A stretch of DNA of 63,505 nucleotides, counting the filler, from Basidiobolus ranarum (lineage: Eukaryota), in assembly GCA_040143965.1 (NCBI GenBank). It is 51 parts of 51 records of this genome, joined end to end, with 100 filler letters (N's around TTAATTAATTAA, not from the genome) between each part and the next. Parts side by side here need not be neighbours in the genome. Positions count along the whole stretch, not along the records: positions 1 to 1,155 come from JASJQH010013087.1; positions 1,256 to 2,409 come from JASJQH010013088.1; positions 2,510 to 3,663 come from JASJQH010013089.1; positions 3,764 to 4,917 come from JASJQH010013090.1; positions 5,018 to 6,170 come from JASJQH010013091.1; positions 6,271 to 7,423 come from JASJQH010013092.1; positions 7,524 to 8,676 come from JASJQH010013093.1; positions 8,777 to 9,929 come from JASJQH010013094.1; 43 more parts are not named here. One strand, given 5' to 3'. Positions 1-10,029 of the stretch are shown here, one piece after another. The position numbers and the translations under genes are program-made. Positions within the stretch are counted from its first letter, which is position 1, and every line of letters starts with the position of its first letter. The notes under the pieces are model-generated. The model was not told where the DNA came from. It saw only the letters and a program-made list of their open reading frames with translations, and ran no database searches.

Positions 1-933
1 ACCACTCCTCATCAGAGCAAGTGATGGCAGCTCTGACATTCAGAGTCTCGTGGTTTGCCGGGTTTGCTATGAGATTTCTACATTCTTGTGACCAAGCAAT
101 TTTGAGTTGTTGTGTAGGCTTAATGGTTCAACACATATTCTGCTCTGCTAGATTTTTATGGTGACATTCATATGTATGGTATGGGATTGATTGAAATCCC
201 TTATGAGAATGGATGGAGGTAGCAGCATATTGCTCTAGCTCAGGTACAGCATTCTGAAGGTCATGTATCATTGTTGAGTGACTCTCTAACTGTTGACTTG
301 TTGCTTCCAAATGCTGCATTAATTGCAAAAATGTGGCATCATTGCTTGTCATGGCCTGTATAGCAACTTTGTAGTTTTTACCTATGATTGCATACAAACC
401 ATTATGGTCTTCTGCCTGCAATTCCCTAATTGTAATAATTCTATCCAAATTTTCTACAGAGGGTTGTTCAATGGTGGGCAAAGTAGCCATTTTGAAAGTT
501 GATGGTCTTGATGGTATTTTGGTTGAACTTCGCTCAACTATTGATTTACTATGTTATTGGGGGATTGCAATCTCTTCACGTGCACTATCACTGGAAAGGA
601 ACATATCTGGTAAATTGATTAATGCTTCATCATTACTAGAGTTAGTTTCTGGCATTTTAACACCTTCCAAAGTGGATAGTGGATCTCTAGACTGCTCATT
701 AATAAGTCCTCTGTTCTTGCTGATTTTTTTCCTTTTGTGCCAGCCGGCTTTGGCTTGGAAGCTAATTTTGACTTAGATTTTGAATGCTTTTTGATTGGCA
801 TTGAAACTTTCAGATGGTAAACTTGTGTGATGAATTTGCTTACAATCAGCTTTAATAAACCGAAATTGCTATCCATTACTGGAAATATCTTGTAATTCCC
901 TGAAATCCCCTGATGACTCATCTGTGACACCAT
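1..933 (-). mobile_element. CMC/CACTA-like transposon accessory ORF (ORF1), degenerate
   Basis: MATLPTIEQPS.../KPKPAGTKGKK... peptides recur at 25222-25700(+), 26291-27319(-), 45813-46125(+) and 49040-49270(-); here and at 44983-46125 it is head-to-head with the transposase 5' region. Confidence 0.7.
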
Positions 934-1019
934 CTCAGAATCAGCTGATGATCTTGATGGGCTATGCCCAAAATATCACCCTTACATGGGAGGTGTTCTT
1001 TTTGCTACAATATCCTTCT

Positions 1020-1155
1020 CATGCTGCTAACAAACCTTTAAAGAAGCCCTGCTATTATTATCACAAATTCTTGAGCTATGAAAGCTGGACGCTTCATGGA
1101 AAAATTAACCAAAAGCATGGTCACTGTACAAAGCCACCAGCTGCACAAAGCCAGG
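1020..1155 (+). mobile_element. 5' part of CMC/CACTA transposase ORF
   Basis: KKPCYYYHKFLSYESW..H..HGHC matches the N-terminus of the 44983-45612 ORF, which runs into the Transposase_21-like region. Confidence 0.65.
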
Positions 1156-1255
1156 NNNNNNNNNNNNNNNNNNNNNNNNNNNNNNNNNNNNNNNNNNNNT
1201 TAATTAATTAANNNNNNNNNNNNNNNNNNNNNNNNNNNNNNNNNNNNNNNNNNNN
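1156..1255. other. Artificial contig linker N44-TTAATTAATTAA-N44 (first of 50 identical spacers, about every 1.25 kb)
   Basis: Identical 100-nt spacer with a six-frame stop motif recurs throughout; flanking contig lengths decrease monotonically. Confidence 0.98.
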
Positions 1256-1710
1256 CATTTGAATTCCGCAATTAAAGGCTCAAAAAAGATATTGATTAGC
1301 ACTGGTGATTTAGGTCCAGATATGATGGATAGTATCAAAATATTAGGACTCTTTTACCATTCAGAAAGAGGAAGATTTAAGTTGATTAAATTTATTGGCC
1401 TGGAAGCTTTTCTGATGGTTTAATTGTTTAGCAAAAACCTATCCTGAGCCAATGCAAATGCATGATCATATATGTTCTATATGATGAATAGTATCAAAAT
1501 TTTTCAAGTAACAAACTGTTCAGAAGGAGGAACATCAAAGTTAATTAAACTATTGGGCAGCAAGCCTTTCCAGCAATATATTGGTCTAGTGAGAAATCAA
1601 GCAGAGCCAATGCATATAAATGATTTAGTTAAAGCTATTGGCCAGCAAACCTTTCCAACAGTATAATCATTTAGCAAAAACCTATCCTGAGCCAGTGCAA
1701 ATGCATATAG
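1256..1710 (-). mobile_element. CMC/CACTA transposase fragments (rearranged)
   Basis: AFALAQD.F.LN.YT.GK.CWPI and ILSIISGPKSPVL motifs homologous to 7567-8430. Confidence 0.7.
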
Positions 1711-2227
1711 TCCCTCAAGTGTTTCCCAAGCATTTTGATTGTATTTGGCTGATTGTTTGTGCCTCAATTGAGAGTCTCTGATATGTAGATAAAGTGTAGA
1801 GAGTGCTTTCCTCTTCAAGACATTGGTGATAGTACTGGTAAACATTCCTTTAACAGCTGGCTTGGGGCTCATAACCTGATAAAAGTGTTCTGGGGACTTG
1901 GAAATGTGTTGAACAAGATTTGGATTTGTGAACTAGATGCTTAAGTTTTATTGAATGGAATATGTCCTATTTATGGTTTAATATGAAATAGGACTATTGG
2001 ACATGGTTAGATCATAACAAACATGCCTGTTAAGTATGGGTGAAAATTTGAGATGATTAGGAGAAGATTTGAGAAAATAGTGAAAATTGGTAAAAGTGAT
2101 CTAATTGATATTTCTTCAATTAAAGCAATAAACATACATCTTTGAATGACAGAATTGAGTACTAAATAATCAGAATATGAATAATCTAACTACAAACTAA
2201 TGTGCTGCTATTTACATAATTTCAACA
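1711..2227 (-). mobile_element. Copia family B 5' LTR (2227-1877), PBS (1876-1865) and internally deleted gag start
   Basis: LTR TGTTGAAATTA...TTTTATCA followed by GGTTATGAGCCCC and MSPKPAVKG..., as at 56642-57303. Confidence 0.85.
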
Positions 2228-2300
2228 ATAAGCACATCCAATTACAGTACTGTCCAACTCAGGACATGATTGCTGATATCCTTACAAAACTGCTATCCAA

Positions 2301-2409
2301 GATGAATGGTTTCAACAATGGCTTGTCGGTATGACCGACGGAGATGGATCTTTTTCTATCTTACGTCAAAATGACAAGTGAACTTTAACATTCAAAATTT
2401 CTCAAAATA
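2301..2409 (+). pseudogene. LAGLIDADG homing endonuclease fragment (mitochondrial-intron type, probable NUMT)
   Basis: Translates DEWFQQWLVGMTDGDGSFSILRQNDK*TLTFKISQN; canonical WLxGxxDGDGSF helix, with TGA at a plausible Trp position. Confidence 0.8.
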
Positions 2410-2509
2410 NNNNNNNNNNNNNNNNNNNNNNNNNNNNNNNNNNNNNNNNNNNNTTAATTAATTAANNNNNNNNNNNNNNNNNNNNNNNNNNNNNNNNNNN
2501 NNNNNNNNN

Positions 2510-3663
2510 TGAATATACTCTGGAGTCTCCTTAACCCATCTCATTACATCCATCACTGATTTTGCTGATACATTGTTAATAAGAGGAGCACATGGTAGTA
2601 CTGACAATTTCACACAGAGCATCATTTCATCACAGGTGCACTCCATTGGGAACTCCCATAATATATAGCAAGGGCCTATAATCTCTAAGCATTGTGAAAG
2701 ATGCAGCAGGGAATGTATTGAATACAAGTATAGATTCAGTCTATCTTTGTTTAACCTGAATTAAAGTTTTTCATATCCCATTACAAAATCTTTGCACAGT
2801 TGCTGTATCTGCCTGAGATCTGCAAATGTGAGTTGATGCTGTAAGAATATATTAACAATATTGACAAACAACTCCCAATGTTGCCAATACCTATCAGGCA
2901 GAAATCTTTTCAAAATTCCATTTGGATATATACAAATTTAATACTTCCAGTCTTTGCATTTTAACAAATGCCTAGATGAGGGGATATTGATGAGAGTTCT
3001 GGTAAAATATGATGGTATCTTGACATTTTCAAGTATTTTTCCAATCAATTCAAACTTTGATCCTGTCTCAAATGGCTCATTCATATTGAATTTTCCACTA
3101 TACAGCTCAGTAAATAGTATTGGAATGTTGTTGAATAGTAAGTGCAGAGTGCCTAATGGGAAGCTCTGGCTCCAGCTGATCCTTTGAACTCTTCACTCCT
3201 CAATAATTAAAGCTGCTTCCTTTACAGTAGGTGTTATGAAAGGACCAACATTTGCCAATAACAAAGAGTCTGTAACATAACCATTGTCTTCTTCTTCAAC
3301 TTCAGATATACTACCATTGGTACTGGAATAACCAAGGTCAACATCTAGCAGCAAGTCCTCAAAGTTGTCTGCACTTACTGGTTTGACTAAAGTTGCACTT
3401 TGACCCACATCATTCTGGTCATATAGCTGTGGTAACTCCACAGTATCTTGACTTTTGGTAGTGTTACCAAAACTTTGAGGCAAACTACAGTCAGTGGACT
3501 CAATAGGCAAGACTAAAGTCAATTTAGTGCACTTATTACTGTTGTTATAAACCAGGCTTTGTTCATCTGGTGGCTTTGCACAGTGACCATGCTTGTGATT
3601 ATTTTTTCTATGAAGCGTCTGGCTTTAATAGCACAAGAATTTGCAACAATAATAGCAGGGAAT
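2510..3663 (-). mobile_element. CMC/CACTA transposase, degenerate, with a large internal deletion near 3190
   Basis: N-terminal acidic region joins directly to the SWSQSFPL...YSIHSLLHL...GPCY.LWEFPME.TC region. Confidence 0.8.
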
Positions 3664-3763
3664 NNNNNNNNNNNNNNNNNNNNNNNNNNNNNNNNNNNNN
3701 NNNNNNNTTAATTAATTAANNNNNNNNNNNNNNNNNNNNNNNNNNNNNNNNNNNNNNNNNNNN

Positions 3764-3997
3764 TTTAGTTATTGTGATGGAGGTGACTACAAGCATGTCA
3801 GGGGAAGAGTAAATAAATATGGTGTTAGCGATGATTATGATGATGATTATGACGGTAATGGCGATGGAGATGATTATAAGCAAGGAGGAGGAAGAGGGAA
3901 GAAGTACGGCGGCAGTGGAGGCGGAGATGATTACGATGATCACGGCAAGAAATACGGAGGCGGTCATAGCGGAAACAAAGACTATAACAAATACTAA
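3764..3997 (+). CDS. Secreted Gly/Asp/Tyr/Lys-rich repeat protein, C-terminal part (paralog 1)
   Basis: Open frame ...GGDYKH...DDYDDDYDGNGDGDDYKQGGGRGKKYGGSGGGDDYDDHGKKYGGGHSGNKDYNKY*, homologous to the C-terminus of 19536-19940. Confidence 0.8.
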   Translation, partial: FSYCDGGDYKHVRGRVNKYGVSDDYDDDYDGNGDGDDYKQGGGRGKKYGGSGGGDDYDDHGKKYGGGHSGNKDYNKY

Positions 3998-4714
3998 GCA
4001 GCTGCTTCTTTTAGAGTGAATTTACCATTAGCTATACCCAGAGTTGTCCCATAGAGAACGGTTACGAATAAATTAAATTTTTGACAAACAATGCCATTTT
4101 TATTTTTATCGGGTTTCCTTATTTTGGTAATACGCTGTCATAAAACATTGAAGATATGGAAGCGTCGCCATGTTGTATTCATATTGAAAAACCATGAACG
4201 AATCTTAAGTATTCCTGTGATAAAAATTTCTGCATCAGCGTAACTATAGTACTTTTGTGAATGGAACGAGTATATTGTAAGCATTGATGCTAACTTTAAC
4301 CATCTACTTTGGTATTCGACAGTCTTTTCTTTGAATAAAACCATATATCAAGCAATCTTGTTTGCTTTCCAGCTAGACACAGAATGAATGTAACTTATGA
4401 GCTGCTAAATTCTCAAGTTATACTCTATTTGTACTGAAACCTGTTCAGATCGGTGTTTGTTACTACAGTACATACCACATGCGATCAGCATGGATGAACG
4501 CATTTACCGTCAGTATAGTGTCAGTATACAGCAATTTAATCAAACTAATTGTTACTCTGTCCACGAGTGTTCGGGTTTAATTGCACTTCAGTATTTATGA
4601 CTCAATATTAGAGAAGCAACTTTGAAGGAGGTCATCAACTAAGGAATATCATTACTCTTCCGATATGCAGTGTTCTGCATTTCAGCGCCGCGAGGTAAGC
4701 AGCTCTCCAAGGAG

Positions 4715-4722
4715 TATAAATA
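4715..4722 (+). promoter_or_regulatory. TATA box of Gly-rich gene
   Basis: TATAAATA about 40 nt upstream of ATG 4761; same motif and spacing for the paralog at 18934-18941(-). Confidence 0.65.
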
Positions 4723-4760
4723 GCACCTCAACATCGGTGATTCAATAACTTATCTCAACA

Positions 4761-4917
4761 ATGAAATACCCAACTGCTCAACTACTAATTGTCCTTTCTG
4801 CTGTTCTATCCATTAGTGCTAATGTACTCGAACGCTCATATGATCCAAGCTATAAGGGGGTAGGCTATGGTGGTGACGGTGGTGGAAGAACCAAGAAATA
4901 CGGAGGTGGTGGCGGTC
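4761..4917 (+). CDS. Secreted Gly-rich repeat protein, N-terminal part (paralog 2)
   Basis: Signal peptide MKYPTAQLLIVLSAVLSISA, then NVLER-SYDPSYKG...KKYGGGG; cut by contig end. Confidence 0.85.
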
Positions 4918-5635
4918 NNNNNNNNNNNNNNNNNNNNNNNNNNNNNNNNNNNNNNNNNNNNTTAATTAATTAANNNNNNNNNNNNNNNNNNNNNNNNNNN
5001 NNNNNNNNNNNNNNNNNAGAACCGGCTTCATACCTTGAATCACTCATAATCAACATCAATGCATGCACAGAGATATCCATGGAATATGACTATTATTTAT
5101 CAGCAGAAGGGTGTATTCAAATAATGATGGATTTGCATCAACCTCCAATGGGCGTCATCTTTTCCCTCCAAACCAAGTTTGTAACTATCGACGGCAATTT
5201 AACCCTGATGGCTCAAATGTAAAAACATGTTGATTATGGTTATACGAACGTCGGTAATATATCCCCTAGATCGGAAAGAATTACAACGGTACAAAGTAAA
5301 TCTGCCCATTCTCCATCTTATACATAGATTTTCTTGGTGAGAGCCAAATACGCCCATTGATCGCTAATACATTGTTACCATATTTGTACTTTAAAATTCT
5401 TCAATCGATCATTGCAAACGATGGCGACTTTGTAAGCTCAGACTGACCTCTCATTCGAGACGTAAGTGAGAAATAATATTAGATGAGAGTGACAGCTGAG
5501 AATTCTCATTTTGCATTGTATTCTCTTCTGATTGACTTCATTGAATCATACTCAGTATAAAATTAAGTATCGAACAAGTTAAAAAAGTGACTAGTATATG
5601 GTCCAATAAGGTTCAAGAGCTGTTATGGAATTGTC

Positions 5636-6170
5636 TGTTGAAGTTTACTGCATTTAGCATATTGCTATCTTTATAAACCTATTTCATAGATCACATCTAA
5701 GTTAGTTGACAATATTTAGTCAGATATCACTTGTCTGTATATCGGAACATATATCTAGTATATACATGAATTGTCCAGCAATTAACCATGTTGAGCTGAA
5801 AATTTCAAAATTTATCCCAGCTGACCCTGAGATGAACTATTCTACTCCTAAAGATATTCTGAACATATCCTTATTTACTTATTTTCTATATTTCCATCGA
5901 AAAGTAAAAGCAATTTATTTGTGGTCAATTAATAAACAGCTCTTAAACTTGTTGAAATTAGCATTGTCTAAGCACCTATATAGTCATATATAGCTTAGTA
6001 CTTAGTTATCTTATAATTCACTAAGATATTATCAATTACTCTCAATCGGAATTTACTTTGAATATTTTTACCAACTTAGAAGTTCTCAGATATATAGATT
6101 TTTCAAACTTGTGCTAGAAGCCCCAAACTTTGCACACATGTTTCTGGGACCTTCCTTAACATATTCTACA
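5636..6170 (+). mobile_element. Copia LTR related to family C (from 5636) interrupted by LTR family A (from about 5950)
   Basis: TGTTGAAGTTTA... resembles 32581-32959; TGTTGAAATTAGCATTG...CACCTATATAGTCATATATAG is LTR A. Confidence 0.7.
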
Positions 6171-6270
6171 NNNNNNNNNNNNNNNNNNNNNNNNNNNNNN
6201 NNNNNNNNNNNNNNTTAATTAATTAANNNNNNNNNNNNNNNNNNNNNNNNNNNNNNNNNNNNNNNNNNNN

Positions 6271-6754
6271 ATGATGTGTGAGAATGCAGGCCATCCTCTT
6301 TCTGGTTCTTCATCAACTGCTTGCTCTTCATCAAAAACAGGAGAAACATCACAGACTCTTCCAAGCTGGTGTTGCTGCCAATGTGTACTACTAGCTGATG
6401 ACCCAACTTGTTGGGCTCTTGCCCTTGTTGGACTCTTGCCCTTTTTGGAGGTGTTACCTCAATTCTAGTGGTGAGTTGTTTAGATTCTTGTTGTGAAATA
6501 GATACCTCATCAGGAGTCTCTTTGATTTGGAGTGATCTAGTACGTCTCTGAAATGGTCTAGACTGCTCCAATTTGCCGTTGGGAATATCTTTTGATTCAA
6601 TAAATTGTCTTGCTTTTCTCTTTACACCTCTGTTGATTACTCTTACCATGTTGTCCTGAAATGTTGTTTTGAACTCTGCAACCTCCATCAACAGTTGCTG
6701 CAAAGTCTCATTGAGTAGTGGTAGATATCTATTTAGAACATCTTTTGTCTCCAT
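6271..6754 (-). CDS. Hypothetical protein N-terminus (coiled-coil plus basic low-complexity), probably repeat-derived
   Basis: About 160-codon ORF in CpG-depleted sequence; no recognisable motif. Confidence 0.3.
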
Positions 6755-7523
6755 TGTGCATCAACATACAAAGTTGTTGAACTTATGCCATATCTATACA
6801 ACATGCATGAATATCTGTTTAGTTTATCATTATTGCTAACTAGTCACCTGACTTTATCCAGTGACTTTATCATGTGACCAATCACCTGACTAACTATCTA
6901 TTTGCATATCCCTTCAATCAGATCTTATGAACAATCACATGATTATTATCTAATCTGTATTAACCTTGGAGTCATCTGCCTAGACACAAGTCAATATGAG
7001 TCACAAGATTCATAACCATTGATCTTTCACTGCCAATACTTCAGCTGATGCATAAGTCACTTATATATCTATTTATCTATCCAATCACATTTTCTTCTAT
7101 TTGAATTGGTCATCTAATATCTTGGTGCTGACTAATTCACTTTGCTACCAAAAAGTATAAATAAAGCTAACTGAACCTTTTGGTTTAGTGTGTGTCTCAA
7201 TGAATATAGGATCTCAACACTTCTCAGTGCTTCTCAACAAAGTCAACATTCCCTTCTCATTTCTAACCAAGCCTAGTATCCACAAGCATCTACAGAACAC
7301 CAAGCCTAGCTGCCTAGCAAACCTACTCTCTGCCATAACATAGCAACCCACTGCTATTCCCAAGACATATATTAGTTAGATCTGCTCTGCTTATAGATCC
7401 TGCTTAACAGTTCTAAGATTCTGNNNNNNNNNNNNNNNNNNNNNNNNNNNNNNNNNNNNNNNNNNNNTTAATTAATTAANNNNNNNNNNNNNNNNNNNNN
7501 NNNNNNNNNNNNNNNNNNNNNNN

Positions 7524-8676
7524 AAATATTAGTCCACTCATAGCACTTACAGTAAAGGAAGCAGCTTTGATTATTGAGGAGTGGAGAGCTCAATCCAATC
7601 TTAGCAACCAGGTGTTTATTGGTTTTCTTACACTTTTACCACAGTTGATTGGTAACTGTTGCTTGCTACAGACCTGGTACAAGTGGAAAACACTTGTCAA
7701 TTGTATGCCTTATAATCCTTCAGTGATTAAACTGCCTTCTTGTCCAAATTGTTGTTTGGCTTTCACCGTTGATCTGAAAAACCTGAAGTCAAGTACTGTT
7801 TGCACACAATTGGCAATCACTAAATCAGGTAAATATTGTTCATATTTGGCTTACATACTGTTGATTCCCCAACTTAAAGTTTTGATGAAATCACCAAAAT
7901 ATAGTTCATTGATCCAATACCAAAATACTCACCATAAAGCTGATGGTATTACCAATATACTTGATGGATATCACTACCAGAATCTGAAGAGTCAAGGTTT
8001 CTTTGCAAACATGTATGGTAATGCATTTGCATTGGCTCTGGATGGTTTCTCACTAAACAAATATACCATTGGAAAGGCTTGCTGGCCAATAATTGTAATC
8101 AACCTAAATCTTCCTCCTCCTGAAAGGTATAAGAGTCATAATATTGTGATACTATCCATTGTATCTGGACCTAAATCACCTGTGCTTATAGTTAGCTTCT
8201 TGGAGCCTTTGATTATGGAATTTGAATGGTTATCTAATGGGGTTTGGATGGGTGAATATATGATTAAAGCTAATATCATTGTATGTATTGGTGACACTCC
8301 GGCAATCAGTAATCTTGGTGGTTTTTGTGGGCACAATGCACTATTTTGCTGTAGATTTTTCAAATCAATGGAGTTTACTCTATCAGGCATATGCTTTACT
8401 ACTGTCCAAATACAATACTATACTTCATGATTTTACCTTCAAGAGCCCGGTCAGATTTCAACATGATCACTGATATCAATTCACCAAATAATCAGTGTAA
8501 CATCAAACTTGGTATTAGCAATAAGCCTGAGATTATGTTGTTGAAGGGGATCAGCTAGAGCCAGAGCTTCCCATTAGGCACCATGCACTTACTATTAAAC
8601 AACATTCCAATGCTACTTATTCAGCTATATAATGGAAAATTCAATATGAATGAGCCAATTGAGATAGGATCAAAGT
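7524..8676 (+). mobile_element. CMC/CACTA (Transposase_21-like) transposase, frameshifted
   Basis: CPNC...C zinc motif, LALDGF (first catalytic D), WPIIVINLNLPPPERYK, GPKSP, FLEPLIMEF, GDTPA (second D), GH-A--CCRF. Confidence 0.9.
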
Positions 8677-8776
8677 NNNNNNNNNNNNNNNNNNNNNNNN
8701 NNNNNNNNNNNNNNNNNNNNTTAATTAATTAANNNNNNNNNNNNNNNNNNNNNNNNNNNNNNNNNNNNNNNNNNNN

Positions 8777-9057
8777 GGGGGTTAGGGACTACAAGGACCA
8801 ATACAAAGAGAGATGATGTAAGGATGATCAGGTGACCTTCCATGGAAGGTCTTGGCGGAAATACACTATGTGTGGGATGACATGATTGGTTAGGTTTCAT
8901 GGAATGTTCCAAAGTACATGACTTCCATATCAGGTATTCTGGATGAACTGACACCAGCTTGCAAAGAAGGGATGGCACAGCAGATATGATGTTGTAATCT
9001 AATAATAGAAGAGTTCTATTTGCAGTGGATCAGTATGCCAAGATCAGAATCATGACA
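8777..9057 (-). mobile_element. Gypsy 3' LTR (family D), 5' part, preceded by PPT AAAGAAGGGGA
   Basis: Minus strand PPT then TGTCATGATTCTG...; other copies near 15500-15573, 22542-22750, 23340-23565; probable far end ...TTATTGTGACA near 25069 and 60021. Confidence 0.8.
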
Positions 9058-9089
9058 GTATCCCCTTCTTTAGTGATGGCTTCTAGACA

Positions 9090-9929
9090 TCATAGGGCCA
9101 GGTTTTTCTGGGTAGGCTTCATGAAACTCCTGGCAAAGTTCCTTGGTATTAGAAAGATTTGTTGCTTGCTCCAAGGATTGATCACTTGTTGAGTATTCCT
9201 TCTAGTCCACAGAATATTGCAATTTAGATGGAAAATTCTGGAATCTAGAATTTTGCTAACTTCATATTCAGGGTGTTCTTTGCCTTTGATTGCTGGAAGT
9301 GGGTCAATGGATTGGCCCTTGAAGGTATTTCTATCAGGTGGCTCTAAGAGGGACACATGGAATACATTGTGGGCTTTGAAATGGGCTGGGAGTTCTAGGC
9401 AGAAGGCTACTGAATTGATTTGCTTAATAATCTTAAAAGGCCCTAGTCTTTTATGATCCAGTTTATCACAAGGTCTAGTGGTCTTGATATTTTTCTGGAG
9501 GAGCCAAACATAATCTCCTGGCTTAAGATTAGGGCTTGGCTTTCTATTCTTATCAGCAAAGTTCTTGTATTGGGATTGAGCATGCTCCAACTCAGATATT
9601 AATTGTTAATGGATGTCCTTAAGGAAAGTGTCATGGTCAGAGGCAGCTGGGCAATATAGATTCAATGGTGGGTGAACTGTGAAACAAGGATGGAATCCAC
9701 AATTTGCAAAGAAAGGAGTTTGCTTTGTTGAGGTATGATAAGAGTTGTTGTAAGCAAATTCAGCAAGAGGCAAGAGTTGTGTCAAATTATCTTGATTTTA
9801 GTTCATAGTGCATCATAAATTTTGTGCCAAAACTTGATTGACTTTTCTGTTTGGCCCTCAGATAGGGAATGGAAGGCAGTGGAGAGATTGGCAGAGATAC
9901 CCAAGGTATGGAGGAGACTTTTCCAGAAT
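9090..9929 (-). mobile_element. Ty3/Gypsy chromovirus integrase C-terminus and chromodomain, degenerate
   Basis: LLPLAEFAYNN, KLDHKRLGPFKI (GPY/F), HNVFHVSLL, EYEVSKILDSR. Confidence 0.9.
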
Positions 9930-10029
9930 NNNNNNNNNNNNNNNNNNNNNNNNNNNNNNNNNNNNNNNNNNNNTTAATTAATTAANNNNNNNNNNNNNNN
10001 NNNNNNNNNNNNNNNNNNNNNNNNNNNNN

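Noticed and set aside
384-776. 130-aa ORF (also 26829-27290 and 45806-46108)
   Set aside because: Antisense shadow of the CMC ORF1 frame
1200-1211. Regularly spaced TTAATTAATTAA motif resembling a CRISPR-like or piggyBac TTAA array
   Set aside because: Always embedded in N runs with fixed geometry; assembly linker. ORFs ending in XXX...LIN are artefacts of it.
3819-4019. Met-rich ORF, and the hydrophobic antisense ORF 3716-3967
   Set aside because: Alternative frames of the Gly/Asp/Tyr repeat gene
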